From contig OZ024741.1 in NCBI GenBank assembly GCA_964016885.1, forward strand, positions 82,956,001 through 83,020,000: 64,000 nt of DNA, read 5' to 3'. Origin of the DNA: Eledone cirrhosa (taxonomy: Eukaryota). Shown one piece after another: positions 1 to 12,055 of the stretch. Position 1 is the stretch's first letter, and every line of letters starts with the position of its first letter. A program made the translations under genes and the position numbers. The notes below the pieces were generated by a model. The model saw nothing but the letters and a program-made list of their open reading frames with translations, had not been told where the DNA came from and did no database searches.

Positions 1-499
1 TCACTCATTTCTATTTAACATTTGACGAGTCATAGGGACGTCACAACGGCGTATCTTGGGCATTAAAACTGTTTGTCAAAGCACACCTCTTTCCAGATTT
101 GAAAGCAACTGAATTAATTGCGTAATAGAGAGAGAAGTAGAAAGAGGTTAGAGAAAATGAGAAAATAATATAGATGTATAATCGACTACAGTCTGGTAAT
201 TTATTTTATCAAAACCAAAAAGGAAAACGCATATTGACCACGGCGGTTTTTGAATTCATAATTTGGGGTGAGGGAACAAATACTACTTTTCCTACTGTGT
301 ATTGATATACAAATCTATATTGTTGGATCTTCGCCGTTTCCAATGGCAATTGCTATATTTGAATCAATCAAGGGAACCACTAACTTGTGAAATAATTGTG
401 TAAGCTTTTGAAGAAATCTGGTCAGAGGCGGCGTGACATAAGTATCTGGCACAAGGACACATTGTGTTTCCGGTCACTGAATTGATCTGATTGTTTACA

Positions 500-690
500 G
501 TGGATTGACAGTATTGGTAGAGCGTGAGACACAATTCTTTGAGGCATAGAGTTATGGACCTTTACGCTCTGTATTCAAATCCCGCTGAGGTTAGCTTTGC
601 CTTTCGTCGTTACAGGGTCGATAAAATAAAGTACCAGTAATGCACTGGAATAATTGTTGGCCTTGTGCCAAAAGTAGAAACAATTATTTC
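500..690 (+). mobile_element. tRNA-derived SINE (octopus-type), diverged
   Basis: tRNA-like head ...GGTAGAGCG...TTCAAATCCCGCTGAGGTTAGCTTTGCCTTTC...GGGTCGATAAAATAAAGTACCAG and tail GGCCTTGTGCCAAAAGTAGAAACAATTATT, shared with copies at 13380, 32248 and 42205. Confidence 0.8.
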
Positions 691-997
691 CAATCCTGAG
701 CCAAATACCGTAAACATTAAACCTCGCACCTTCACTATAAATCATAGTATATATTAACTTACATGTTATATTTTGGTGAATGCAATGTTTGATTGTATTT
801 AAAGCTCTCTGGTATTGCTGTTAAGCTCAAGAAAGGGGGGAGATGATTTGGTAGGTACTACAAGTCGACTGTTATTGTGGTGCCAGCTTTCTTGGTGGAT
901 TAACTAAAGTTAGCATATGAGAGATTCTTCAACCGAAATAGCCAATAAAGCGGAATATATTTATTCCAGTTTCCACCAGCATGAATATGTAGCGCCA

Positions 998-1120
998 CTA
1001 CTACTACTACTATTACTACTACTACTACTACTACTACTGATGATGCTGCGGCTGCTGCTGTTGCTGCTGCTACTACTACTACTACTACTGCCACTGATGT
1101 TACTATTACTAATGATAATA
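998..1120. repeat. (CTA)n/(CTG)n/(ATA)n compound trinucleotide microsatellite
   Basis: Direct reading; explains the poly-Leu and poly-Val ORFs at 900-1168. Confidence 0.95.
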
Positions 1121-1400
1121 ATTGTTTCTACTTTAGGCCCAAGGCCAGGAATTATCCCCTTGCATTAATAATGATAATAATGATTTCTGATTTACGCACA
1201 ATGCCACCAATTTTGGGGGAGGGAAAGGGGGAAAATCGATTAAATCGACCCCAAATTATGACTGCTATTTTATTTTATAGACCCCGTGAGGATAAAAGGC
1301 TAACCTCGGCAGTATTTGAACTCAGATCATAAAAGGCCGCAACTCCATGTTGCGAAGCATGGTGTTCGACGTTCAACCGATACTGCCAATCCACCACCGT
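1120..1400 (-). mobile_element. SINE remnants of the same family (nested or partial)
   Basis: Reverse complement of the SINE core: TTTTATAGACCCCG...GGATAAAAGGCTAACCTCGGCAGTATTTGAACTCAG...CGATACTGCCAATCCAC. Confidence 0.7.
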
Positions 1401-2039
1401 AATAAAAATGAGAATAATAGTGATAACAACACCCACACCACCATTTCTGCTGCTGTCATGCTGCATTTAGTGTTAATGAGGACGATGACCGCGTCGGATA
1501 GTGTGTTGTGAATGTTCATGAAGATGATGATGATGAGGACTATGATGATAAGAGTGATGATGATGGAGATGAGGATGGGGACGAGGTGGAAGAATATGAG
1601 GATGAGGAGAAGGATGAGGATACAATGAACATCGGTGCTGCCGCCCGCCGCTAGAGTTGCTGCTGCTACAAAAATAACAAGCACAAGAGTGCATGCAAAT
1701 TATCAATAAATAGGGGACAACAACAATGTCTTAGAATTTAGGGGTTCAACTAATATTTGATGCACGAAAGGAAGAGATCATGTTTGATCTAGAGCAGTGA
1801 GATTTTCAGTCTTATTCAATAACAGAATGCATACAATTGGCTAATAAATCCGCCATCACATAGATAATGTGATTGCCTCATCTGCATAATGTAAATAGAT
1901 GTGATTTATTATCTCTGAATTAGTAAATTAAGCTTGAGCCGTCCCTCAGCTATAGCTTCACTTTGGCCTTAATTTGTGTTGCATAATTATTCGCCAGTAA
2001 ATTGATAATAATGATTTCTATATTGGCCACAAGGGCCAA

Positions 2040-4960
2040 CGTATAGGGGACAATACAAAGACATGGACAGTGGGGGTTGTAGAAGCATCGAGTAAATACT
2101 ATATAAAAATAACAATCAAAAAGAATATTATAATATAAATTTCCCAATAGGGGAGAGAACCACCCGTGGTGCCTCAAGATCCCCATTAATCCAGAACCAT
2201 CCAATTCTCCGATAGCACCCAGGGAGGGCGTGCTTCCCCTCATCAAGTTAGCCAGCTTACAGGGGGACGCTCAGTGTAGGCACAATCACGAAACATTCAC
2301 CCACCTTTTAGCAAAGGTACTGAGGGGCAGCACTCGCATCTCCACCCTCACCTTCCTTTCGAAGTGAAACTTCGAAAGGGTTGATGAGGGCTCGACCAAA
2401 TAGAAACATGTCTGTTCTCAGTCTTTTCTACCTCCTCAACCACACAACCACTTTCACTACGGCCTCCATGAAGAGGAAAACTGTCTGCCCTTGCTGGCCA
2501 AAAGACGGCGTCTAGGCAATTTTCACTTGGTCGATATCCGGGTCTGTCCCACACGCGATAACAGCTGCACGATATAAATCAACGAGTCAGTAATGCACGG
2601 TTTAAGGACGAGTGCGCGAAGAAATGTTTTGTCGTTCTGTGCGTATCTCGGGCATTTCCATGCCTGTGGAATTTATCTCAAACCGGAAAAGATCCCCGGG
2701 AGTACTGTCAAAGTAGGGGTCCCCGGCTCCAAAGGCTTCCAGAAAAGACTGGTTGGTTCGATTTCGTAGACGCGCAGAGACTCTCTGAGAGTGACATTGC
2801 ACTTGCCCACCAATAAACCTCTATAGAACTGCAGAGTAGAATTTCCACTGCCCGCATTGATCACCTGTAAGAGAGCAGTGAGCGCGTGGCAAAAGTCAAG
2901 CTTCCAGTCCCGGTCTCTTATTTTGCATGTACTGCAGCCCAGTCAAAGAGACGGATTGCAGACAAATCTGTCTCACAAAGGGTGACCACACCTCTTCACC
3001 TTTTAAGAATATTTTAAAATGTCGTAGCCTAAGAGTGTTTGCGCATCATCAGTCACAACATGCCCAACATTCCATGGTGTGGATGCTGGCAGCAGATGAA
3101 CATCCTCACCATTGGAGCCTTTCCCGTCCACAAACAGTTGAAGAGCAGGCGTTCCCATTGCTGAGGTGGGAATGAGATCAGGACATGACAGAAAAGTGGT
3201 AGTAGATGACGGAAGTGGTGTACGCGTTCGCCATCTTCAGCCGATCTTTCAGGGATAGCTACCTATCGGCCAATTTCTCGGTGAGAGTGGCCATACTGCT
3301 CATTAAGTCAAAACAGTTCTTATCCATCTGTAGTCTGGTTCGAAACAGACCCTAAGCAACTTCACTTTTCCGTCCGTTCAGCGTCCAACAAACAACTCTG
3401 TGATCTGCATGGGTTTTTTTTCTCCAGCTGCCAAATTGCAAACACCTTGGCTTTTCCAGGTTAAGCTCTGCGGTCGTTAAACTTGTATATTCTTTTAAGC
3501 AGGTGCCGACCACCTCGATGTCAGATATACCCCGGTAATGTCGTCTGCGTATGCCTACACAGCTGTTACAAGGTTCGAACGATGTGCCCTCCAACAATTC
3601 CAGCTTCCGCAGCAAAGCCACGAGAGTCCTTATGTATCGGAGGAAAGAGAGGGGATACATTTGACGGATAGATCACGTGATCTGAAATGGTTCCGAAATG
3701 CGGCCAGTTACTATGACCACAGAGCAAATGCTACTGTGCATTGCAGTGATCCAGCCTCTGAAGACGAGACCTAAGCCATTTGCATTAATGACAGCCTCCA
3801 TAAATCGATAGTTGACCCTATTGAAAGCTTTCAATTGATCTAAATTGATTATAGCGCCACCGAAATACAATTTACGCCCTACCATCCCTAAGACGTATCG
3901 CATGAGGTGGAGGTTGTCGAGTATAGACCTGGTCGCGAGTGCATAAGTTGTAGCCTCTCCCACCAGACTCCAGACGACAAGCGCCAACCTCTTTGCTAAC
4001 ATCTTGGCCAAAATTTAAATTCTGTGTTTAGCATGTTTATGGGTCTGAAATTGCCTAATGTGTCCCTATACTTCTCGTCTTCCCTCATCAGTTTTACTAC
4101 GCCCTGACTCGGAGAACTGGAAATACTCCCGTTCTTCTGCCAGTTGCAGTAGAGGGCTTCCAGGAGATCGGAATACTGGTAGGGTAGACCATGCAAACCA
4201 GGTGACTTACGCCTCGTACAACACATAACGTAAGGGCATCCTGTATCTCGGTTGATGTTTTCAGTCTTTCGCTGCAGTCCGCCTCAGCTGGCGATAGATG
4301 CAGCAGGCCTTCGAGGTAGGAGTTGAAGTCCACTGTTTCCGACCACTCCACTCACTCTCCTCGAACACTCGTTCAACGTGCTGGCGAAAGGACGGCACAC
4401 ATCTGCTTTGAATCGTTCAAGACGCATTCGTCTCGGTCCACCAAAGACCAAATCATGGTTTTGTTACCACTCTGCGTCTCCACCACATGACCCATCAAAC
4501 AACTTTTGTTCGCTCATTTCTAAGAGTACGGACCTTAGCTCTTCTAGCGCAAACTTCGAGTTTCGCATTGAAGAAATGGTCTAATGCTATTCTTGCTTCT
4601 AGCACATCAGAAATTATGATCTTAATAGGTGACCGTTTGCAAATGTTGACAGCCTATACTATCCTTATCTACTGTCCTAATAAAAAACTAACCTAACTTT
4701 ATATAATCTAGATGACCCAATGCGGTGTGTTCAGTTCTACACTGGTGCATTAGGTAAATCGAGTCGGAATATTTTCAGACAGCTGGAATTGGCTGATCAG
4801 ATACTTAAGGCTTTGCACTCCCGCTCCTATCAGCTACTCTCACGCAATCACTGCTGCGTCTAATATGTCCTTTCAGTTCTTTGCTAAGAGTAGAAAGCGA
4901 GACGTTGCTAGAAAGTCCTCCGAGCGCCTAAAGAAATCCGCCGTTTGTTGTTGTTCACGT
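2040..4960 (-). mobile_element. Decayed L1/Tx1-clade non-LTR retrotransposon (RT remnant, frameshifted)
   Basis: Minus-strand fragments SPGLHGLPY, NFRPINMLNTEFK, ILDNLHLMRYVL, LDQLKAFNRV, FRGWITAM and AYADDI (~3538-3555) occur in RT order; higher GC than flanks; many stops. Confidence 0.85.
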
Positions 4961-5059
4961 CCAAGACCAACAAATCTTCTGGGTCCAGGGCGATGATTTT
5001 ACCTTGATATACAGCCCTTTCCTAAACAGCGTTGCTACCCCATCTAAAAGATGTGATAA

Positions 5060-6540
5060 CACCGTGTAACATGTTTTTTGTTCTCCGGTTCTAAGTGTCA
5101 TTTCATGGTTTGTTATATCCCCTTATTAAAAAAAACACTATTATTTAATCAGAAGTTTGGGTTTGTGGTCAGGAGTTTGATATTTCGAAATTTTCATATT
5201 TTTCAAGAAAAAAAAACATTTTTTTTTTTAATTTATCAGTTCATATAATTAAATCAACAGAGTATATATTTATTTTATTACACAAGCTTATCAAAAGCAA
5301 ACAAGTAAAAACAAATAACATTTATAAAGCAACTTATACACGTCAGAAATTACTCGATTTCCTGGATTTGCGGTTGTAGTCCAGGTCGCATTCCCGCACT
5401 AGCCCCCAGATATATTCCCCCATCATTTTTTCATTGTAGTGGCCCTGGTACCTCCGCTCTATCTCCTTCACATCTTGGTGTAATCGTTCGCCTTGTTCTT
5501 CTGAGTAGGCGCCCATATTGTCCTTGAATGTTTCCAGGTGAGCGTCCAGCATATAGAATTTAAGCGACATCCTGCATCCCATGGCGCCAAAAGCCTTTAT
5601 CACATCCTGCACCAGTTGCTGGTAATTTTCAGCTCTGTAGTTGCCCAGGAAGCCCTTAACAACTGCAGTGAAACAGTTCCATGCTGTTCTCTCAATCCTA
5701 TTGAGCTTATTGGAGAACTTGATAGACTCAAACACCTTCTTTAGCTGAGGTCCAACAAAAATTCCACCTTTGATATTGGCCTCAGATAACTTGGGGAATA
5801 ACTCAAGAAGGTACTTAAAAGCGGCTGATTCTTGATAGAGAGCCTTCTCAATCTGCTTCATCAACCCCAACTTAATGTGCAGTGGCGGAATGAGCACAAT
5901 CCTGGGATCAACTAGTAGCTCCCACATGACATTCCGGGTCCCAACTACAAATTCTGTTCGCTGCTCCCAGTTCTTTCTTTTGTAGTGGTCAGAGGTGGCT
6001 CTGCTGTCCCACAGGCAGAAGAAGCATTGGAATTTAATAAAGCGTCCTTGGAGTCCAAGCAGGAAAGCCACCATCTTGAAGTCTCCAATTATTTCCCAAG
6101 TGTACAGGTTGTATTGCAGCGCTTCCAACAGGACTTTCACACTGTAGTACTCTTCCTTCAGGTAGACTGAATGAGCTAGGGGCAGTGTCGGGAACTTGTT
6201 TCCATTGTGGAGGAGGACAGCCTTCAAACTTGTGGTGGAGCTGTCTATAAGTAGCCGCCACTCCTTGGGCACAAACGGCACCCCAATAACGTCAAGCAGT
6301 CCAGGCATGTCATGGCAGAAGCAGAGGCCATCCCTAAGAGTGTAAAAGCCTGACAAAGGTTCGTGTCGACTTCTCTGACTTGTCACCTGCACTTCCTCCT
6401 TGACCAAGTTCCACTGCTTCATCCTGGAGACGAATAGCTCTGCATTGGACTTGGTCAGACCCATATCCCTGACCAAGACATTGACTTCTTTTTGGTTTGG
6501 GAAGTGAGGAACTCTTTCTGGTACCCCAGTATCAATAAAT
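5060..6540 (-). mobile_element. Chapaev3-type (CMC) DNA transposon; one terminus retained, other end truncated
   Basis: Terminus-like CACCGTGTAACA at 5060 preceded by TAA; contains the transposase frame below; no matching inverted terminus seen upstream of the ORF. Confidence 0.75.
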
Positions 6541-6572
6541 CTCTTTAATCCAATTTTTAACAAGAGAGACAC
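5343..6572 (-). CDS. Chapaev3-like DDE transposase, N-terminally truncated but stop-free (409 codons)
   Basis: Motifs WRLLIDSSTTSLKAVLLHNGN, IIGDFKMV, CFFCLWDSRA, PPLHIKLGLMK and YSEEQGERLHQD...ERRYQG are typical of Chapaev3 transposases; frame opens at GTG and lacks the N-terminal Zn-binding region. Confidence 0.8.
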   Translation of the reverse strand: MSLLLKIGLKRFIDTGVPERVPHFPNQKEVNVLVRDMGLTKSNAELFVSRMKQWNLVKEEVQVTSQRSRHEPLSGFYTLRDGLCFCHDMPGLLDVIGVPFVPKEWRLLIDSSTTSLKAVLLHNGNKFPTLPLAHSVYLKEEYYSVKVLLEALQYNLYTWEIIGDFKMVAFLLGLQGRFIKFQCFFCLWDSRATSDHYKRKNWEQRTEFVVGTRNVMWELLVDPRIVLIPPLHIKLGLMKQIEKALYQESAAFKYLLELFPKLSEANIKGGIFVGPQLKKVFESIKFSNKLNRIERTAWNCFTAVVKGFLGNYRAENYQQLVQDVIKAFGAMGCRMSLKFYMLDAHLETFKDNMGAYSEEQGERLHQDVKEIERRYQGHYNEKMMGEYIWGLVRECDLDYNRKSRKSSNF

Positions 6573-6709
6573 AAAAAAAAGGAAAAAAAATATTTTTCTT
6601 CCTCATAATCGTCTCTTTCTCCCTGTTTTCATATATATATATATATCCTAACTCGTGTGCCTCCTCTCCACATTTTATTATTATTATATATATATATATA
6701 TATATACAC

Positions 6710-6782
<73 letters not shown>

Positions 6783-6786
<4 letters not shown>

Positions 6787-6970
6787 GTAGGAAATGTGGT
6801 AAGGAACCAAGTGGACCATAACGCACCAAAGTACTCAATACTTAGGGTAATAGAGTGGGTAATAGGAACCGGTAAGACCCCGACGGCTGAGCTCAAGCCG
6901 TTTCGACGGCTAATTCTGCAGAATTAGCCGTCGAAACGGCTTGAGCTCAGCCGTCGGGGTCTTACTGGTT

Positions 6971-6972
<2 letters not shown>
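6783..6972. mobile_element. Family A HHR-bearing element, fold-back copy in (TA)n
   Basis: GACCCCGACGGCTGAGCTCAAGCCGTTTCGACGGCTAATTCTG|CAGAATTAGCCGTCGAAACGGCTTGAGCTCAGCCGTCGGGGTC; TA tracts on both sides. Confidence 0.85.
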
Positions 6973-7035
<63 letters not shown>

Positions 7036-8656
7036 TTATGCATTTTTTTTTTTTTTTAAATCTGAGAAATATACTATATTCTATGTAGTTATATATTGTT
7101 TGTAAAGTGTTCCAAGATATAACAAATAGATTATTTAACTGATCTATGTGCCTCAGGGTATTTATAGAAAATACGAATGTTTTGACATAGGTTTGTGGCA
7201 ATATATTTATTCTCTCTCTCATATACATACACACCACACAATGCATACATACATACATACACACACACATTATATATACATGCGTGTTTATGTATGTGTG
7301 TGCCTGTGTGTGTAACTGTGTATGCCTGTGTGTGTGTGTGCATGTGGAGGAAACAAGAACACTACAATAACTGACGGGATTTTTCCATAGAAAAGATACG
7401 AGTAACGTATACATAGCTTGCAGTAAAAAGAGACTTTACTGATTCTGATTGTAAAAAGAAATATCATTCATTCGAATATATAATGAGGACTTTTGTGGAT
7501 TGCTGGTTTCTTTTCGATTAGGCTGAATTAACATATATTTCATAGATGCAAACAAATGTAAATAAAAATGCAATCTTAAAGTAGTCTAGCGTCCCACATC
7601 ATGTCCCGAAATTACTTCTTAGTAAAAATATTTGCTTTCTCTCTTAATGATTCAAGTATGACCCATATTGGAATGAGTCCTTCATACACCTGGTATATTT
7701 GGTGCGGTTGCTGTTTCCATTTCAGACGTAACCATTTAATAAGGAATTACGTAGAAAGGCAACCGACTAATTTTCAACAATTCCCTCACCAACTCATTAC
7801 AGCCTCTGCTGTAAAGACGTACCTTGTCACCCTGCGCCTCTCTTGCACCTTTTCTCACCCTATCTCGCTCTAATGTTCCTCCAACTCCTCTTCCACATTC
7901 AAGCCATTTGTGTCGTACAGATTTCCACAGATATGTATCTCATGTGCCAACAGTTGGCACATGAGCCGTTTTATAAGCCATTTTATTCTTAACAATCTGA
8001 AACAGATCTGAGAATGGCATGTGTTCTGTCACTTCATCTAAGAATTAAAATAAAAATGAGATGTGTAATATCCAACTGGATAAAAAAGCTGGTTTGGGAA
8101 ATACCTTGTTGAGATTGAAATTATGTTGTAAGGAAAAGGACTTGGTTATTTGCTTGGGTCATTGTGTAAAGGCTACGACATCGCGAATGGGATATTGATT
8201 GTTAAAAATACATGTTAAAAATACATTATAACAAATACATTTGAAAGCTTGACGTGAAGTGGTCAAAATATCCCTAATATTTCCGGCAAAAATCCCTTCA
8301 ACAAATGAAGAACTGAGGAAACGTTTGTTGGCAGTATCAGAATGGCATTGGCAAACTAAACATACACGTACTTTCTTCCGGTATAATTTTTGATAACTTT
8401 TTTCCTTTTTAATGTTGTTTACATTTCTATTGTTTTTTCTACCTCACATTCTATCTTCTGATGAAAGATTAACGTCCGAATCTCTAAGATATAACGCTAC
8501 TATATCAAACAATAAATTAAATGTATCATCATTCTACTACATGGTTCCCCGTGACGTATTTACACGTTGCCTTTTCACACATATACACGCTCACACACAC
8601 ATACACACACTCACGCACACTCACACATACACACACACGCACACACACACACACAC

Positions 8657-8689
<33 letters not shown>

Positions 8690-8691
8690 TA

Positions 8692-8875
8692 GGGTGGGTA
8701 AAATTCCCGAGATCGATGGACGGGTTCTCTCCTGTGGTCTCTGTCCCTCATTATCGCTGCCATGTCCTGCGTCTCCAACAGACCAGTGTCTGTCCTTAGG
8801 GTATCAACATACGTTAACATTGGTCTTCCTTCTCCAGTGTATCCATGTAGGTGCTCCCACAGGAGCACTGAGTGC
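8692..8875 (-). mobile_element. 3' end fragment of RTE-clade LINE
   Basis: LLWEHLHG...GRPMLTYVDTLRTDTGL...MRDRDHRR resembles the RTE ORF C-terminus (GRP..T..D.L..D.G...M.DR..WR). Confidence 0.65.
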
Positions 8876-8889
8876 AATGTCAACTCTGG

Positions 8890-9165
8890 ATGTGTTGAAC
8901 ATTTCAAATTATATTTAGCGAAAACTACATAATATATATACATATATGCGCGTGCGCTCTTGTGTGTGTGTATGCATGTATGATATGTATATACATAATA
9001 TATATACATATATGCGCGTGCGCTCGTGTGTGTGTGTATGCATGTATGATATGTATATATATATATACATATCATACATGCATACACACACACACGAGCG
9101 CACGCGCATATATGTATATATATTATGTAGTTTTCGCTAAAAATAATTTGAAATGTTCAACACAT
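8890..9165. repeat. Near-perfect palindrome centred on (TA)n; left arm has an internal ~65 bp tandem duplication
   Basis: ATGTGTTGAACATTTCAAATT...GCGCGTGCGCTC mirrored by GAGCGCACGCGC...AATTTGAAATGTTCAACACAT. Confidence 0.9.
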
Positions 9166-10368
9166 GAATGATGTTCAACAGTCAGCGTAACTTTATTCCA
9201 ATTGACGGCTCCAATACCCAGCTTGACGTAGCTTGAATTCCCGCGCTTTGTTGTTAATATAACAGAACTGAATCATTGAAAGAAAAATTGTATGGAATAA
9301 CTTTGAATCTGTTTTAGACATACGATGTTCCTTTCGTTCACTTGTGCTATAAACATTCGCTCGAAATTGTCATTATGAAGACAATACCTCTATTTGACAA
9401 GCAGCTCTATACTAAACAAAACTCGTTGACAAGTCTAGCGAAGAGCAATTCTCTGAGAATATCAATTCCAGCCATATGCCTTAATAATCCCCAAAGGTAG
9501 GAAAAATCTCATAAAAGTTGGCATAAAGCCATAAGGTTAATCTTAATATCTAAGCCTATTCTACTGTTTGTCACGCAAAACAGCACGTGGAGAAAGCATT
9601 ATAACTTTTGCTACTACTACTAATGCCATTAAATCAGTTATGTCACGATTCATAAGTACTCAATTTAGATGATTTTATTAGCATTTACAAGTAGAAACAG
9701 CTAATTTAGTGTGAACTTGGGGAATTCTCATGGAAAACAAAGTGTTAGAATGTGACTGGTTTAACATATATCAGGAGTTGAAGAGAATTGAAATTAAAAG
9801 TGTGAAAATAAAATATAAACGCACGTTAAAACGTAAAAAAACACTATGCCTGGGCGAAAACATAACTATGTGAGTAAGAATATCGTATTAAGTAGTCCAG
9901 AAATTTCAGCATTCGATTTCACTGATGGGAACTGAGGCAAGGTTTCTATCATATCCTGTGTTGGATCAGCAATGACATGTAATTGAAATTCCGTGGATGG
10001 AAATAGTTGGTGAACCCATCATCGATATAATGACAGCTCGACATTATCTATCCCTCCGTCAGACAAATATTACGATCAAACAAAAACATCTATTCAAAAG
10101 ATGTTATCAGTATTTCATTTTCTCTGCTCTTCTCTTCTCACTCTCTTTCTTTCCATATATGCATGTGAGTATGTGTGTATATATGTACATATGTATATAA
10201 AATATATACACACATTGTCATATTGGATCTCCCCAACAATTACTTTAAGTGTAGATCTTCAGTCACAAAATTTCACAAGTAGTTTGTTCAGGTCAAAGAT
10301 CTATAACACTCATCTACTAAAAGGACAGAAATTCATTCCATATGCTATACATACGTGCACACACACAG

Positions 10369-10400
<32 letters not shown>

Positions 10401-10488
10401 ACACACACACACACACACGCGCACACACACACGCACACACACACACACGCACATACACACACATACATACATATATATATATATGTGT

Positions 10489-10545
<57 letters not shown>

Positions 10546-11529
10546 AGCGTGTGTGTTTATGTATGCAATAACTAAACAGATGTAACAAAGGAAACGACAC
10601 AGTAGAATGGAGAACAATATTGGTTTAACGATTGATATAGTAGGAAAAGCGTTTTAATCATTCCGACGCTTGTCTTTTACCAGAAGGTAAAGAGAGAAAT
10701 AAAAGATGAAATAGAAGTTGATAGAGGTTGAAAAGAGGTAGGAACGGGAAAAAATGTTTTGAGAAAATACCACGTGCGTATTCAGTAAATCACTTTGGTT
10801 GTATATATATATTTTAAAAAAATTTTTATTTTCTCTAAAAACATTTTTTCCGATTCGGCCCCACACATCCCTTCAATGTTTGTAATTTCTCATTCTTTCT
10901 TATAATCAGAACTAGTGTCCGAAACGTTAAGACCCTCTTCCTGTATTTCAAGCGTTAAACTAATATATATATATATATATATATTACTCCGATACGAATC
11001 CATTACTCCGTTACATTTGATAATTTAGTTTCTTACAAATTTCTCTGTTCGTTGAGCACAATTTAATTTGAATGGTCATATGTTGCAATTTCTAGCAGTT
11101 TTATTTTCCTATCCAGGCATCTAGCTACTCTCTGAAGCTCGTATTTTCCCTTTTCTCTCTCCACGTCCTGGCGACTAGTTATCTAATTTCTAATAGAAGT
11201 GCAAGACATATTTTCTGAAAACAGCTGTGGATGATCTATGGGAAATGTGATTCTTGCAGTAATTTAGTGAAACAATCCCTCCTTGGGACTGTACAGAGTT
11301 ATCATAGTTATGAAGGTACGTTTTACATTTTCATTAATCTGTTTGATTGTAATGTATTTCCTGTATCTCTCAGAGTTTTTATGTTTTTGAATTTACTCGA
11401 ATTTACTACATGATTGGACTGGAGTAAGGTGTCATCTAATATAAATGAAAATTCGTGAATCTGTGTGTCCGTATAAAACTTAAAAATTACATATAATTAC
11501 ACAGACACAATTACAAACGCACACACACA

Positions 11530-11586
<57 letters not shown>

Positions 11587-11730
11587 GTTATTCCGGGTTG
11601 AATCGGAGGTAACCACAGTAAGTAAGGTACTCAATACATTGCAGAGTATAAAAGTTTTCATTCCTGATGATTTCTGATGATTTCTAAAGAATGAAACAGT
11701 TCTAGTCCTGTAGAATCTCATCTATATTAA

Positions 11731-11778
<48 letters not shown>

Positions 11779-11780
<2 letters not shown>

Positions 11781-12034
11781 CGAAGGAAATGTGGTAAGGA
11801 ACCAGGTGGACCATAACGCACCAAAGTACTCAATACTTGAGGTAGTAGAGTGGGTAATAGGAACCAGTAAGACCCCGACAGCTGAGCTCAAGCCGTTTCG
11901 ACGGCTAATTCTGGACTAAATGAAAATTTATCCTGGTATTTAAATAGCCGATCTTCTCAAGGGGTAATTTTCATTTAGTCCAGAATTAGCCGTCGAAACG
12001 GCTTGAGCTCAGCTGTCGGGGTCTTACTGGTTCC
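11779..12034. mobile_element. Family A element, longest copy (complete HHR plus inverted partial copy)
   Basis: Same sequence as 6783 copy but extends to TAGCCGATCTTCTCAAGGGGT before inverting; flanked by (TA)n. Confidence 0.85.
11872..11965 (-). ncRNA. Type I hammerhead ribozyme, U3:A8 core variant (family A)
   Basis: Minus strand: ACCCC-UUGAGAA-GAUCGGCUA...UAGCCGUC-GAAACGGCU-UGAGCUC-AGCUGUC-GGGGU; helices I, II and III pair by eye; GUC triplet. Confidence 0.75.
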
Positions 12035-12055
12035 TATATATATATATATATATAT

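Noticed and set aside
500-690. tRNA genes at SINE heads
   Set aside because: Only degenerate A/B-box-like motifs continuing into SINE bodies; no cloverleaf.
10900-10965. CCGAAACGTTAAGA resembling an HHR 3' half
   Set aside because: No CUGANGA or UUGANAA upstream; at best a decayed fragment.
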